A stretch of 42,470 nucleotides of DNA, from assembly GCA_964016885.1 (NCBI GenBank), contig CAXHJY010000236.1:1-42470 (forward strand), in the 5' to 3' direction. How positions within the stretch are numbered: the stretch's first letter is position 1; each line of letters opens with the position of its first letter. Under the pieces are notes generated by a model that was not told the DNA's origin, did not search any database, and worked only from the letters and a program-made list of their open reading frames with translations. This stretch comes from Eledone cirrhosa (lineage: Eukaryota). Below are positions 26,801 through 42,470 of this stretch, piece after piece. The translations under genes and the position numbers were made by a program.

Positions 26801-28810
26801 ATTACATATCGAATAAGAGTGCTCAATAGACATGTTTAAATAAACAGGAGCTATTCATCATTTAATAGAATCGACAAAAAATGAACAATAAAATTAACTG
26901 GTCAATAGCTAAGTCTAGAGCTAAATATAGTAGAATAATCGAGTATCGAAAAATCGGCGCACGAGTTCACGATAAACAAAATTCGACATGAGTGGCAGAG
27001 GGCTCAATAATTCAGATAAATCAGAGCTATAACTATCGTTAAAATACCAACACACATAGATTATGTCTAAAATCAACCATACGACCGAAAAATTACGATC
27101 AGGAAGATTCGGGTCACTCAGATAAAATATCAATAAATCAAAAAATCATGTGAATGTAAAAAGCTTACCCGGACCCACTAGAAAGATGGTAAATCTAGCT
27201 TCTTGGGTTTCTGTAAATTCTTAAACCGCCCACTATCAGCCCACATAAAAATATATAAGACTTCTAGAGAGCGGCGGACAGGAAATACTTTATCAACGAG
27301 CTTTGTCCAGACGAATAAAAAAGCCAACCCTAGCTGAAAACGCACATGGAATCCAGCAAGGGAGATAACCTCTATATCCGCGAAAAATATTCGGGAATGT
27401 GGAAAATCACATATCGAATAAGAGTGCTCAATAGACATGTTAAAATAAACAGGAGCAATTCATCATTTAATAGAATCGACAAAAAATGAACAATAAAATT
27501 AACTGGTCAATAGCTAAGTCTAGAGCTAAATATAGTAGAATAATCGAGTATCGAAAAATCGGCGCACGAGTTCACGATAAACAAAATTCGACATGAGTGG
27601 CAGAGGGCTCAATAATTCAGATAAATCAGAGCTATAACTATCGTTAAAATACCAACACACATAGATTATGTCTAAAATCAACCATACGACCGAAAAATTA
27701 CGATCAGGAAGATTCGGGTCACTCAGATAAAATATCAATAAATCAATAAATCATGTGAATGTAAAAAGCTTACCCGGACCCACTAGAAAGATGGTAAATC
27801 TAGCTTCTTGGGTTTCTGTAAATCCTTAAACCGCCCACTATCAGCCCACATAAAAATATATAAGACTTCTAGAGAGCGGCGGACAGGAAATACTTTATCA
27901 ACGAGCTTTGTCCAGACGAATAAAAAAGCCAACCCTATCTGAAAACGCACATGGAATCCAGCAAGGGAGATAACCTCTATATCCGCGAAAAATATTCGGG
28001 AATGTGGAAAATCACATATCGAATAAGAGTGCTCAATAGACATGTTAAAATAAACAGGAGCTATTCATCATTTAATAGAATCGACAAAAAATGAACAATA
28101 AAATTAACTGGTCAATAGCTAAGTCTAGAGATAAATATAGTAGAATAATCGAGTATCGAAAAATCGGCGCACGAGTTCACGATAAACAAAATTCGACATG
28201 AGTGGCAGAGGGCTCAATAATTCAGATAAATCAGAGCTATAACTATCGTTAAAATACCAACACACATAGATTATGTCTAAAATCAACCATACGACCGAAA
28301 AATTACGATCAGGAAGATTCGGGTCACTCAGATAAAATATCAATAAATCAATAAATCATGTGAATGTAAAAAGCTTACCCGGACCCACTAGAAAGATGGT
28401 AAATCTAGCTTCTTGGGTTTCTGTAAATCCTTAAACCGCCCACTATCAGCCCACATAAAAATATATAAGACTTCTAGAGAGCGGCGGACAGGAAATACTT
28501 TATCAACGAGCTTTGTCCAGACGAATAAAAAAGCCAACCCTAGCTGAAAACGCACATGGAATCCAGCAAGGGAGATAACCTCTATATCCGCGAAAAATAT
28601 TCGGGAATGTGGAAAATCACATATCGAATAAGAGTGCTCAATAGACATGTTAAAATAAACAGGAGCTATTCATCATTTAATAGAATCGACAAAAAATGAA
28701 CAATAAAATTAACTGGTCAATAGCTAAGTCTAGAGCTAAATATAGTAGAATAATCGAGTATCGAAAAATCGGCGCACGAGTTCACGATAAACAAAATTCG
28801 ACATGAGTGG
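20873..28810 (-). repeat. Tandem array of 13 full 605-bp units plus about 70 bp; candidate retrozyme multimer
   Basis: GTAGAATAATCGAG recurs at 20881, 21486, 22091 ... 26326, then 26930 (1-bp deletion), 27535, 28140, 28745. Only a few substitutions per unit. (TA)n on both sides. One HHR per unit. Confidence 0.95.
21118..21252 (-). ncRNA. Type I HHR in the 605-bp unit (13 copies, last at 28377-28511)
   Basis: GCTCG-TTGATAA-a[GTA tt TCCT gt CCGCC...GGCGG ttta AGGA tt TAC]a-GAAA-CCCA..CTAGA..TCTAG.TGGG-TC-CGGGT. GUC triplet, predicted cut between 21123 and 21122. Confidence 0.72.
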
Positions 28811-28860
28811 TATAAATATATATAAATATATATAAATATATATAAATATATATATATATA

Positions 28861-28876
<16 letters not shown>

Positions 28877-28893
<17 letters not shown>

Positions 28894-29000
28894 TTATATG
28901 CAAAAGTTATACTTAAAATTGTTGGGTTACAACGAGTAAATATTTTATAACTGATATAAAAGCACTCAACAGTTTCTGGAGTAGGTTTACGATATTAAAC
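28877..29000 (-). repeat. Solo 3'-tail fragment of the 36353-37190 family (another at 35221-35270 +)
   Basis: Reverse complement aligns to 37090-37190. Confidence 0.8.
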
Positions 29001-29073
29001 CTATATATTTATATATATATATTTATATATATATATATATTTATATATTTATATATATATTTATATATATATA

Positions 29074-29168
<95 letters not shown>

Positions 29169-29380
29169 TTTACGTATCGAGAAAGAGAAAAAAGGGGGGA
29201 TAGGTGATACATATAGTTATTTGCCAAGTAGCGTATGCCAAAGGTGCTCGATACTAGTGCCGGCAGTATTAAATATTCGAAGTGTTAATATTTAGTGGGC
29301 TAGAGAGTTAGCAGAGCGTAAGCACGTGGGAAAGCAAAAAATCGGAGAATAGACCGTTAAAACATGTTTATTTAAATTAT

Positions 29381-29420
29381 CACCTACGTACGTTTCGCCC
29401 AGTTGGGCTTCTCAAGGGCA
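29381..29420 (-). ncRNA. Minimal HHR (U3:A8 core) of PLE-4
   Basis: CC-TTGAGAA-GCCC(aact)GGGC-GAAA-CGTACG-TA-GG. Palindromic stem III, short stem I. Confidence 0.82.
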
Positions 29421-29710
29421 TAAATAATCACAAGTGTTCCTTATATTGCTCGGAAAATTTTTTGGTGTTAAAATCCACATCAAGGTTCATTGCTCGCAAA
29501 AATATCTTGTTTTGATTTTGCAGCAGGTCAAGGGAGGTAACTCTGGCCGGTGTTAGGGCAATCTTTCCCGGAAAAAAATTTTTTTTTTTCCGCCGCATCC
29601 GTTTGTCTGAGGCTGGGTCTGGTATGCAAGGATTATTTCCTGGGTGTTATTTTGCAGCGCCTGCCCGCCGGGGTGTTAAGACTTGTTGCAGGGAGATCCA
29701 GTGTACTATT

Positions 29711-30079
29711 TCACTCTTCATCCTTAACCCATCTGAAGAAGGATATTTTTAAGCGATGTGTTAAATTTATCGCTGTTTCAGCTCTGCTGTTGATGAGCTC
29801 GTGGGGTGCAGTTATGATGTGGTAGAGCTCCATGAGGCAAAGATCGCATTTCCTCTTGAAGTTGTACGGTGCAGCCCTGCCGACAATCTCCCAGTGCGTG
29901 GAGAAGCTGATGTTTAAGTCCTTTAGTGATGTGATGTAGTGCGCGAGCGAAGTGGAGTGCCTTAGTTTTCTATTTGTGAAAGAGTGGAGATGTGTTCGAA
30001 ACCTAATTTTGAACGGGCCGGAGGTGGCCCCTATATAATGTTTAACGCTATTGTGGCTAGTAATAGTGCATCTATAAAT
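29711..30079 (-). pseudogene. GIY-YIG endonuclease domain (no start codon; absent from the ORF track)
   Basis: My translation: IYRCTITSHNSVKHYIGATSGPFKIRFRTHLHSF...STSLAHYITSLKDLNISFSTHWEIVGRAAPYNFKRKCDLCLME...LINSRAE. Confidence 0.88.
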
Positions 30080-30084
30080 ATATA

Positions 30085-30139
<55 letters not shown>

Positions 30140-30141
<2 letters not shown>

Positions 30142-30622
30142 ATATGAATGTATATATAGTGTATTTTGCAATACACTGTATGCTTAATAAAAAGAATTTT
30201 GAAGACCTTATGCTATTGTTTTAGAGTAGTCACAGACTCACTTACTTTAATTTCAGCAAACAGGGGGAGATAAAGCTGACAAGGCCTTGTTTCTGCATTA
30301 ATTTCTGCTTGACCGGCAATCGCTCTGTATAATCAGTTCCTGATTATTTACTAGAATTCTATAAGAACCAAATCATCCATGTTCTTAGCAATCGGGAGGA
30401 GTGGTTGGCTTTGATAAGCATCAATAAATGCAGAAACAAGGCCTTGTCAGCTTTATCTCCCCCTGTTTGCTGAAATTAAAGTAAGTGAGACTGTCACTAC
30501 TCTAAAACAATAGCATAAGTTCTTCAAAATGCTTTTTATTAAGCATACAGTGTATTGCAAAATACACTATATATACATTCATATATATATAGCTATTTCA
30601 GAGCAACAATTCTAATTTTTAA
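30140..30622. mobile_element. Non-coding fold-back insertion (arms about 30140-30299 / 30428-30590, plus tail)
   Basis: About 160-bp inverted arms. HHR spans the spacer/right-arm junction. Confidence 0.8.
30407..30452 (+). ncRNA. Type I HHR (U3:A8 core)
   Basis: GGCT-TTGATAA-GCAT(caataa)ATGC-a-GAAA-CAAGGCCTTG-TC-AGCT. Confidence 0.8.
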
Positions 30623-30678
30623 TATATATACATATTTTTATATATATATATATGTATATATATATATTTATATATATT

Positions 30679-30925
<247 letters not shown>

Positions 30926-30926
30926 T

Positions 30927-31092
<166 letters not shown>

Positions 31093-31130
31093 TATATAGA
31101 TATATATATTTATATATATATATATATATA

Positions 31131-31885
31131 GAAATTACATGAATCAAAATTCTGTTCAAATCATTTATTCGCTTACAATTGTTTCTTCCAAACCCAGGTT
31201 TGGAGTCTTCGGAGAAATTTTTCAATGATTGTTTACATACTTGACCTCCTTTTCAACAGAAGAGACATACGGAAACATATGTATATATTGATACACAGTG
31301 GGTTGACATCCATTATAATATTTAAGTATGGAAGTTTACATTTAAAGATTAAAGTCATATTAAATGAAAATTACAACAAAAATAAAGTTATAATACAACA
31401 TTGGCACTCTATGTAGGTGATGCAGGAGGATAGTTAGAAGTAGTTAGTTACACGAGGGGCATGCACGTGTGTCCTATTTATATAAGATTATAGTGCGGTA
31501 AGGTGTTATATGGATTATAAGCACTGTAAGCGGGCAATCAAGGGTATTATGGGGGTTGTATAGTATTTTATATGTATGATATAGAAGCTTGTGTGGAGAG
31601 AAATATTTAAAGTATTAAGAATGAGAAGCAAAACAGTGTTATAGTTTTTCGTATACACCACCATTTTCACAATCCAGGAAACGTAATATATAGGATATAT
31701 GTCCTTCACATAATCTACGATGATTCAATATAGTTTTATATAACTGCTCTGTAGAACAACTGATGTTATTACATTAAGCTATTTATCTTAATGGTAATGA
31801 CTGTCTTTCACTGTATAGGGTTTAAAATATATATAACTATAAAAGGTTTTACTGTATACATAACCATAAATAGTATCCTTAACAC

Positions 31886-31886
<1 letters not shown>
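31131..31886 (-). mobile_element. Non-coding HHR element, 'C4 family' copy 1 (HHR 31171-31215)
   Basis: Diverged homology to 37313-37830 and 39088-39690. Confidence 0.75.
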
Positions 31887-31916
<30 letters not shown>

Positions 31917-31924
31917 GTATTTAT

Positions 31925-32040
<116 letters not shown>

Positions 32041-32105
32041 TTATATATATATATATTTATATATATATATATTTATATATATATATAATTATATATATAT
32101 ATATA

Positions 32106-32168
<63 letters not shown>

Positions 32169-32171
32169 ATT

Positions 32172-32202
<31 letters not shown>

Positions 32203-32276
32203 TTATATATATATTTATATATATATATATATATTTATATATATTTTTTTTTTATATATATATATATTTATATATA

Positions 32277-32330
<54 letters not shown>

Positions 32331-32412
32331 TTTATATATATATATATATTTATATTTATATTTATATATATATATATATAAGAACAAAAGATGGTTAAAA
32401 GAGTTTCATGTA

Positions 32413-32478
32413 TTTTATTATGCGCATTTCAAAACCAAATATCATCATGCAATAATATTTGTGTTTCATCAGATAAAA
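32413..32478 (-). ncRNA. Type I HHR (canonical core) of PLE-5
   Basis: TTTTAT-CTGATGA-stem II(CAAATATTA/TGATATTTG)-GAAA-TGCGCA-TA-ATAAAA. Confidence 0.8.
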
Positions 32479-33423
32479 CAGGAAGACATGATATGAAGGT
32501 TAAAAAACACTTGTGGATAGTGCAGTTTTAAATAAAAATATGAGAAGTAGTTTTAGATTGATGTGTGATATTGGGAAAAATATTTTATTTTGAGGGTGGG
32601 GTTGGAAAGGATGTAAAAGAGGAGGAGATGAGAGTAAAAAGTGGGGAGGGAGGAGTATAATGAGGAAGGATGAGATAGGAGGAGAGATGGGTGATAGAGA
32701 GAGAGAGATAGCTTTTATAACTGAGAAAGATATATTGTTTTACATAGAGAGGTTGAAAACCGTTGGAAGATAATGTATAAATTAAAAGAATTTGAAAATT
32801 AACGAAGAGAAAAATAATGTAAAGTTAAGGTTTGTATATTGAGGGGTTTAATAATATGTGCGATGAAAAGAAAATGTTAATATGTATTAAGAATAATATT
32901 TAAGGGTTTAATAACATGTGCGATGGAAAGAAAAAGTTAATATGTATTAAGAATGATATTTAAGGGTTTAATAATATGTGCGATGGAAAGAAAATGTTGA
33001 TATGTATTATTAAAAAAGCAATAGGTAATTTAAGTAAGGATATATTGTGAGATGAGCATGAATGAGTTAGATGAAAGGGAGAAAAGAATAATGAATTGAG
33101 GATGAATAATCTAACTTCAAAAAGATGTTTATTTTTACGAAGGATTTTTACAAGGTGATATAGAGTAAGAATGTATTGTATTATGTAATAATTGATTCTA
33201 TGTTAGGCAACAGTCAGAAAAGGTACAGATTAGGGGTTAGACATTAAAAGAAAAAGAGAAGAAAGGGAAGTGATAAATAGGAGCGATATGGAATGAGTAA
33301 CAAGTATTATAGAATGTATAATAACCTTTGAAATAAGGTAGAAAGATGGTATATTTTTAAAGAAGTGTATATATATATATGTGCCTTTGAGAAAAAGATT
33401 CTAAATTGATAAAGATTTGGATA

Positions 33424-34735
33424 TTAGCTGTATACTTTGTGGAATGTTTTGTGGAATGTATGCAAGCAGATAGAAAACAAGTCAGTGCGTCTATTTATTA
33501 TAGAATCTAAATTAGATATAATGGTAAATTTTTCATTTAGACAGAGATTGCAAATTTTGGATAGTGAACTGTTCAAGTATGGAGACGCAGAAGAAACCTT
33601 CTTCCAAAAGATGCTATATTTAATATTTTTGTCATTCAAGGACCATATGAGTTCTGAGAGAGCCGTGTTGGTCTTTTAAGTTTGTATTTAAAAGACGAAT
33701 GATGGTTATAAAGACGGGCTTCAAAAGAGGTGGAAGTGGAGCCAAAATAGGTGAAGGAATTGGTGTCAGTTATAACTTTACATTCGTAAATTAAGTTTTT
33801 ATCAAGACAATGGTTGTTGAGAGGACATTTATTTTTAACAAGGCAATTGCAATTGCGATTAGAGAGATTATTAACGAGTGACCTAGTGTTATCTATAGAA
33901 GGAATTGGATTGGAGAAGTTATTTGCGATAGGAATAATAGTTTCTTGATTTAGAATGGGATTAAGAACATTTAGCGAAGTTGTGTTTGACGTTGATTTGG
34001 GTTTGCAGAAATTAGCCTAGGGTTTACAATGACGTCGGGAGTACTATTACTATTATTATGATATTTAGTGTTGGAAGGAAGAGATTTAGTATTTAGTATT
34101 TTATTGTTGTGTTTAGAGATAATGTTGGAAATGTTGGAGGATGTAGAATAGGAAAATTTTATAGTGTGTTTGTTAAATATTTTACGATAGATATGTGAGG
34201 GAGGGAAGCATTTATTTAAGGCACTAAAGAATAATTTAGGAATATTGTTATTAATAGAGATGGAGAAAGGAGCATTATACCAGATTATTTTTTTGTATCT
34301 AGGTCTTTTATTAAAGTTATTGGAATGATCATGATTAATTATTCTACTGTAAGTTCTTCTAGAATTTGTTTCTTTACTTTATTTGATTTTATCAGGATAG
34401 CCGGCTTTAGAAAGCGCGTTATTATAGTAATTGGCGTTAGCATCAAAGATGTTTTTATTAGAAGATAGGTTAGATAATCTTTTTCCATTATTACTAACTA
34501 TAGAATTCTTGTTATTAGTAGGATGGTTAGATTTAAAGTTAACATAATTTAGGTTCTCATTGTTTTTATGGTAAGGGTAATATAGGCCAGTGTCCAGATT
34601 AAGAGATACATCCAAGAAATTAGCTAGTTTGATGCTGTTATCAAATTCAATTTTTAGGTTATGTTGGTTAAAGAGATTACGTATATTGCTCTTAATAATA
34701 TTAAGGTTAACTATGTTGCAATTTAAGATAGTAAA
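33424..34735 (-). pseudogene. PLE RT C-terminus + GIY-YIG, decayed
   Basis: ANFLDVSLNLDTGLYYPYHK, SNHP, ALSKAGY, WYNAPFS, CNCLVKNKCPLNNHCLDKNLIYECKV..TYFGST, CNLCLNEK. Confidence 0.88.
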
Positions 34736-34924
34736 TTTGAAATGCGCATAATAAAATACATGGAACTCTTTTAACCATCTTTTGTTCTTATATATTATGT
34801 ATACTCCAGTCCTACAAACTGTAGAGTGCTTCTTATCCGATATGTGCATTGCTTTATTGTACTACAATAAAACTCACCTCCTACATTATATATATATATA
34901 TATATTTATTTATATATATATATT

Positions 34925-34958
<34 letters not shown>

Positions 34959-34980
34959 TATATATATATATATTTATATA

Positions 34981-35055
<75 letters not shown>

Positions 35056-35084
35056 TATATATATATATAGATATATATATATAT

Positions 35085-35211
<127 letters not shown>

Positions 35212-35304
35212 ATATTTATATAAATACTTACTCGTTGTAACCCAACAATTTAAATAAAACTTTGCATATTTATATATATATATATTTATATATTTATATA
35301 TATT

Positions 35305-35337
<33 letters not shown>

Positions 35338-35346
35338 ATACATATT

Positions 35347-35487
<141 letters not shown>

Positions 35488-35489
35488 AT

Positions 35490-36245
<756 letters not shown>

Positions 36246-36306
36246 ATTTATATATATATATATATTTATATATATATACATATATATATTTATATATATA
36301 TATATT

Positions 36307-36343
<37 letters not shown>

Positions 36344-36352
36344 ATTTATATA

Positions 36353-37190
36353 TATACGATATTAAATAAATGGAAACTATATTTATAAAACCATATTTAT
36401 TTCATTATACATATTTCAGGGATACCAAATTAAAATATGGTATGCCTTCATCAGACAAAATACAATATATAAACAGTTTTATAAATAATTTTGACGTACC
36501 CTATTAGATGCGACCATTATTTTTGGAAGCTGTCTGGATAGTGAGATGTTTATAATTATTTTATTAGTTATAGTGTTAAGCACAGTTAGAAAAAGACGGA
36601 GAGAAAGAAGAAAAAACGGAGAGAGAGAAGGGGAAAGAAAAAGAAGGAGAGAGAGAAAAAGAAAACCAACTCTCTGTTGCTTTCTTTTGTTTTTCTTATT
36701 TCTTCCTTCTTTCTTTCTTTTTCATTTCCTCCTATCTATTTATATCTTTCTTTTCTGCATTCATTCCTCTCTCCGGTATTTCTCCAGGTTTTCTTTTTCT
36801 CTCTCTCCTTCTTTTTCTCTCCCCTTCTCTCTCTCCGTTTTTTCTTCTTTCTCTCCGTCTTTTTCTAATTGTGCTTAACACTATAACTAATAAAATAATT
36901 ATAAACATGTTACTATCCAGACAGATTCCAAAAATAATGGTCGCATCTAATAGGGTACGTCAAAATTATTTATAAAATTGTTTATATATTGTATTTTGTC
37001 TGATGAAGGCATACCATATCTTAATTTGGTATCTCTGAAATATGTATAATGAAATAAATATGGTTTTATAAATATAGTTTCCATTTATTTAATATCGTAT
37101 ATCTGCTCCAAAAACTTGTCGAGTGCTTTATATCAGTTATAAAATATTTACTTGTTGTATCCCAACAATTTTAAATATAACTTTTGCATA
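36353..37190. mobile_element. Non-coding fold-back insertion (arms 36353-36667 / 36787-37101, tail 37102-37190)
   Basis: About 315-bp inverted arms. HHR-like CTGATGA-AGGcATACCA..TGGTATcCCT-GAAA-tatg-TA at 36403-36460 (-) and 36995-37052 (+), with stem I imperfect. Confidence 0.85.
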
Positions 37191-37238
37191 TATTTATATA
37201 TATATATATTTATATATATATATATTTATATATATATA

Positions 37239-37312
<74 letters not shown>

Positions 37313-37317
<5 letters not shown>

Positions 37318-37830
37318 TTAAGGAAACTATTTATGGTTATACAAATACAAGAACCTTTTGTAGTTATATATATTTTTACAAATCGTAAATAATGATAGGC
37401 AGTAATATATTACTACCTTATTACCAGTAAGTTAAATAGCTCAATGTACTAACATCAGATGTTTTACAGAGCAGTTATATATAAACAAGACACACGTGCG
37501 TGACACACGTGAAACTATAGCGCTCAATAACTGCTTATGACTATCCTATCACATTAATTTCATGTTGTATTTTAACCTTAATTTTTATTTTATCCTCTTT
37601 GGATATGAATGTAACCTTTAAATGTATACTGCCACACTAAATATTATAATGGTTGTAGACCTGCCGAGCAACAATGTTTGCATATGTATCTGTATGTCCC
37701 TTGGGTTGAAAAGGATGTCATATATGTGATCATCCATTAATAAATCGCTCCGAAGAATCCAAACCTCGGTTTGGAGGAAACAATTGTAAGCATAGAAATG
37801 ATTTGATCAGAACTTTTATTATTATAACTT
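37313..37830 (+). mobile_element. Non-coding HHR element, 'C4 family' copy 2
   Basis: Inverted tail 37313-37480 followed by body with HHR. Confidence 0.75.
37747..37791 (+). ncRNA. HHR variant with CCGAAGA core (copies 31171-31215 -, 39294-39340 -)
   Basis: GCT-CCGAAGA-aTCCAAACC(tc)GGTTTGGAg-GAAA-CAATTG-TA-AGC. Confidence 0.75.
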
Positions 37831-37855
37831 ATATATATATATATATATATATTTA

Positions 37856-38662
<807 letters not shown>

Positions 38663-38671
38663 TATATTATA

Positions 38672-38795
<124 letters not shown>

Positions 38796-38822
38796 TATAT
38801 ATTTATATATATATACACACAC

Positions 38823-38887
<65 letters not shown>

Positions 38888-38892
38888 CATAG

Positions 38893-38929
<37 letters not shown>

Positions 38930-39087
38930 CATATATATATACATATATATATATATTTATATATATATACATATATATGTATATATGTATATATATATAC
39001 ATATATATATATATATTTATATATATATACATATATATATATTTATATACATATACATATATATAAATATATGTATATATATATACA

Positions 39088-39690
39088 TAGTATTAGTTAT
39101 ACTATTTATGGTTATGTAAATACAAAACCTTATGCAGTTATAAGTATTTTACACACACCCTAAATAGTGGTAGGCAGTAATGTATTACTACCTTATTACC
39201 ATTAAGTTAAGTAGCTCAATGAAAAAACATCAGATGATTTACAGAGCAGTTATATGAAATATAAGAATCAAAGAACTGTTCAAAACATTATTGTGCTTAC
39301 AGCTGTTTCCTCCAAACCGAGGTTTGGATTCTTCGGAGCAATTTATTAATGCATGGACAGTTATATGACCTCGTTTTCAGCCGAGAGACATACCGACACA
39401 CATTCAAACATTGATACATATTCAAACATTGTGGGTCAACATTCATTACAGAATTTAGAGTGGCAGTACACACTTCGAGATTACAATTATATTAAGAGGT
39501 ACAATCAAAAATCAAAAATACATGTTAAAATACAACATGAAGATAAGCGGTTATATAGTGCAAATGTTATATGTGTGGCACGCATGTGCGTCTTGTTTAT
39601 ATAGTGTGGCAGAGAGATATGTGTCGTAGAGGCACTTAGGTAGGTAAACAAGAGTGTTAGGTTGGTAGATCTGGTGGCAAATTATTTATA
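39088..39690 (-). mobile_element. Non-coding HHR element, 'C4 family' copy 3 (body + tail collinear)
   Basis: HHR 39294-39340. 39088-39255 is homologous to 37313-37480. Confidence 0.75.
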
Positions 39691-39713
39691 TGATTATACA
39701 TATATATATAAAT

Positions 39714-39763
<50 letters not shown>

Positions 39764-39935
39764 TTATATATATATACATATATATATATATTTATATATA
39801 TATACATATATATATATATATTTATATATATATACATAAACAATCAAATTATAAATGTAAATATGTAAGTATGTTTTTGAAACCGTGCGGGAGTTTGAAA
39901 TTAGAAATCAGATATTATAAGCTTTCACCGTATTT

Positions 39936-40091
39936 TAGACTAAAGAATTTTCTAGCCTAATAGTGGGGTTTATAACCCTCGGAGAAATGGAAAAAGATGA
40001 GTGTTGCCGTACATGTACGGCAACACTCATCTTTTTCCATTTCTCCGACGGTTTTAAACCCCACTTTCAGGCTAGAAATTTCTTTAGTCTA
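39936..40091. repeat. Spacer-less palindrome (78-bp arms)
   Basis: Centre GTACA|TGTAC at 40013/40014. Inner about 35 bp of each arm perfectly complementary. Confidence 0.92.
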
Positions 40092-41478
<1,387 letters not shown>

Positions 41479-41679
41479 GTTATGTAATAAAAAACATAAG
41501 GCAATTATTCCATTTACCAGTGGTTTCTTAAAAGCAAAAAAATTTGCTTTCAATCAACAGAATGAAAAAATCCTTGTGTATTTATTGATATTGTATTCTA
41601 AAAACAAAAATTCAATCTACATGAAAGTGAGGCTGGAGAAGGAAGAAGGAAAGGAAAAATAAAATAAAAACAGACATGC

Positions 41680-42450
41680 AAACACACACACACACACACA
41701 CAATTATATTCATACACACACATATATACACATATATATATGTATATATATACATACACATACATATACACATACATACATACACACATAAATATCAACA
41801 TATCCATTCATACACATAAATATATAAAACCACACGAATATATATACATATATATATATAGAAATATAAACATATATATATATGCATACACATACATAGC
41901 CATACACACATACATATACATACATACATACATACACACACACAATCATACGTATATACACACGTACATACATACACATACATACACACATATATACATG
42001 CATACATATGCATGCACAAAAATGGAAAAATATACACACACCTCTACATATTCACACACGCAAATAAATATAAGAAAAAATATATATAATAATAACAGAA
42101 AATAAAGACTATTATAAAGTTGACAGCGATACAGGCAACAAATAAATGAACAAACACACGTGGTAAGCAATACACACAAATGTACGTACACATACATACG
42201 TAAAAATAAATACATACACACACTCTCACATATAAATATACATATACAAATACATAAACACATACATACGCATACACAAATACATACACAGAAACACACA
42301 CACATATACATATATACACACACCTATACATACATATATATATATATACACACACACACATACATACATAGCCATACAATTATACATATACAAATACGTA
42401 CATATCACAAACACGCACAACCAAATACAAACACATATATATATATATGC
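41680..42450. repeat. Degenerate (CA)n/(TACA)n low-complexity tract
   Basis: Alternating CA/TA repeats. Confidence 0.9.
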
Positions 42451-42470
42451 GTGTAAAACTCATTCTTAGA

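Larger units (their letters stand above)
29165..30079 (-). mobile_element. Penelope-like retroelement 4 (Hydra-clade-like), 5'-truncated to endonuclease + 3' UTR
   Basis: GIY-YIG remnant followed by UTR with HHR and AATAAA. TA flanks. Confidence 0.85.
32380..34887 (-). mobile_element. Penelope-like retroelement 5 (Hydra-clade-like), 5'-truncated, with inverted pLTR piece + tail at 34735-34887
   Basis: RT thumb + endonuclease remnants. 32380-32432 is repeated inverted at about 34735-34790. Confidence 0.88.

Noticed and set aside
21129-28648. Repeated 86-aa and 70-aa ORFs in the 605-bp unit
   Set aside because: No recognisable domain, one is frameshifted in the unit at 26326, and they overlap the structured RNA. 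Recurrence only reflects unit identity.
20873-28810. CRISPR array, 5S/snRNA/SL-RNA tandem genes or H/ACA snoRNA as an explanation of the array
   Set aside because: No unique spacers and no recognisable 5S/U-snRNA sequence. The Sm-like AATTTTTCGG is imperfect and variable. An ACA 15 nt after a hairpin exists but lacks a properly placed H box. The HHR fold explains all helices at once.
36353-37101. MITE / DNA transposon interpretation of the fold-backs
   Set aside because: Arms carry HHRs and one-sided tails, and the 8335 example is demonstrably made of PLE-1 pLTRs. No transposase is present in the window.

Overview
Eukaryotic, gene-free window, most likely from an octopus (it carries a tRNA-derived CORE-type SINE of the kind found in Octopus). 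It consists of long degenerate (TA)n tracts separated by about 20 inserted 'islands'. Five islands are decayed Penelope-like retroelements (PLEs) encoding RT and/or a C-terminal GIY-YIG endonuclease, from three distinct sequence types (Neptune-like, Hydra-like x3, Nematis-like), mostly with tandem or inverted pseudo-LTRs. Nearly every other island is a non-coding fold-back or partial repeat. By hand I can fold a type I hammerhead ribozyme (HHR) in almost all islands: about 34 copies in about 13 unrelated sequence families, many with non-canonical cores (U3:A8, C4, A4, mismatched stem II base, CUU cleavage triplet). The centrepiece is a 7.9-kb array of 13 near-identical 605-bp units (20873-28810). 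Each unit hides a cryptic U3:A8 HHR with long stems II and III on the minus strand, so the array is a candidate retrozyme/circular-RNA multimer embedded in (TA)n. The many Y/I-rich ORFs are microsatellite artefacts. All RNA folds were done by eye and are untested.
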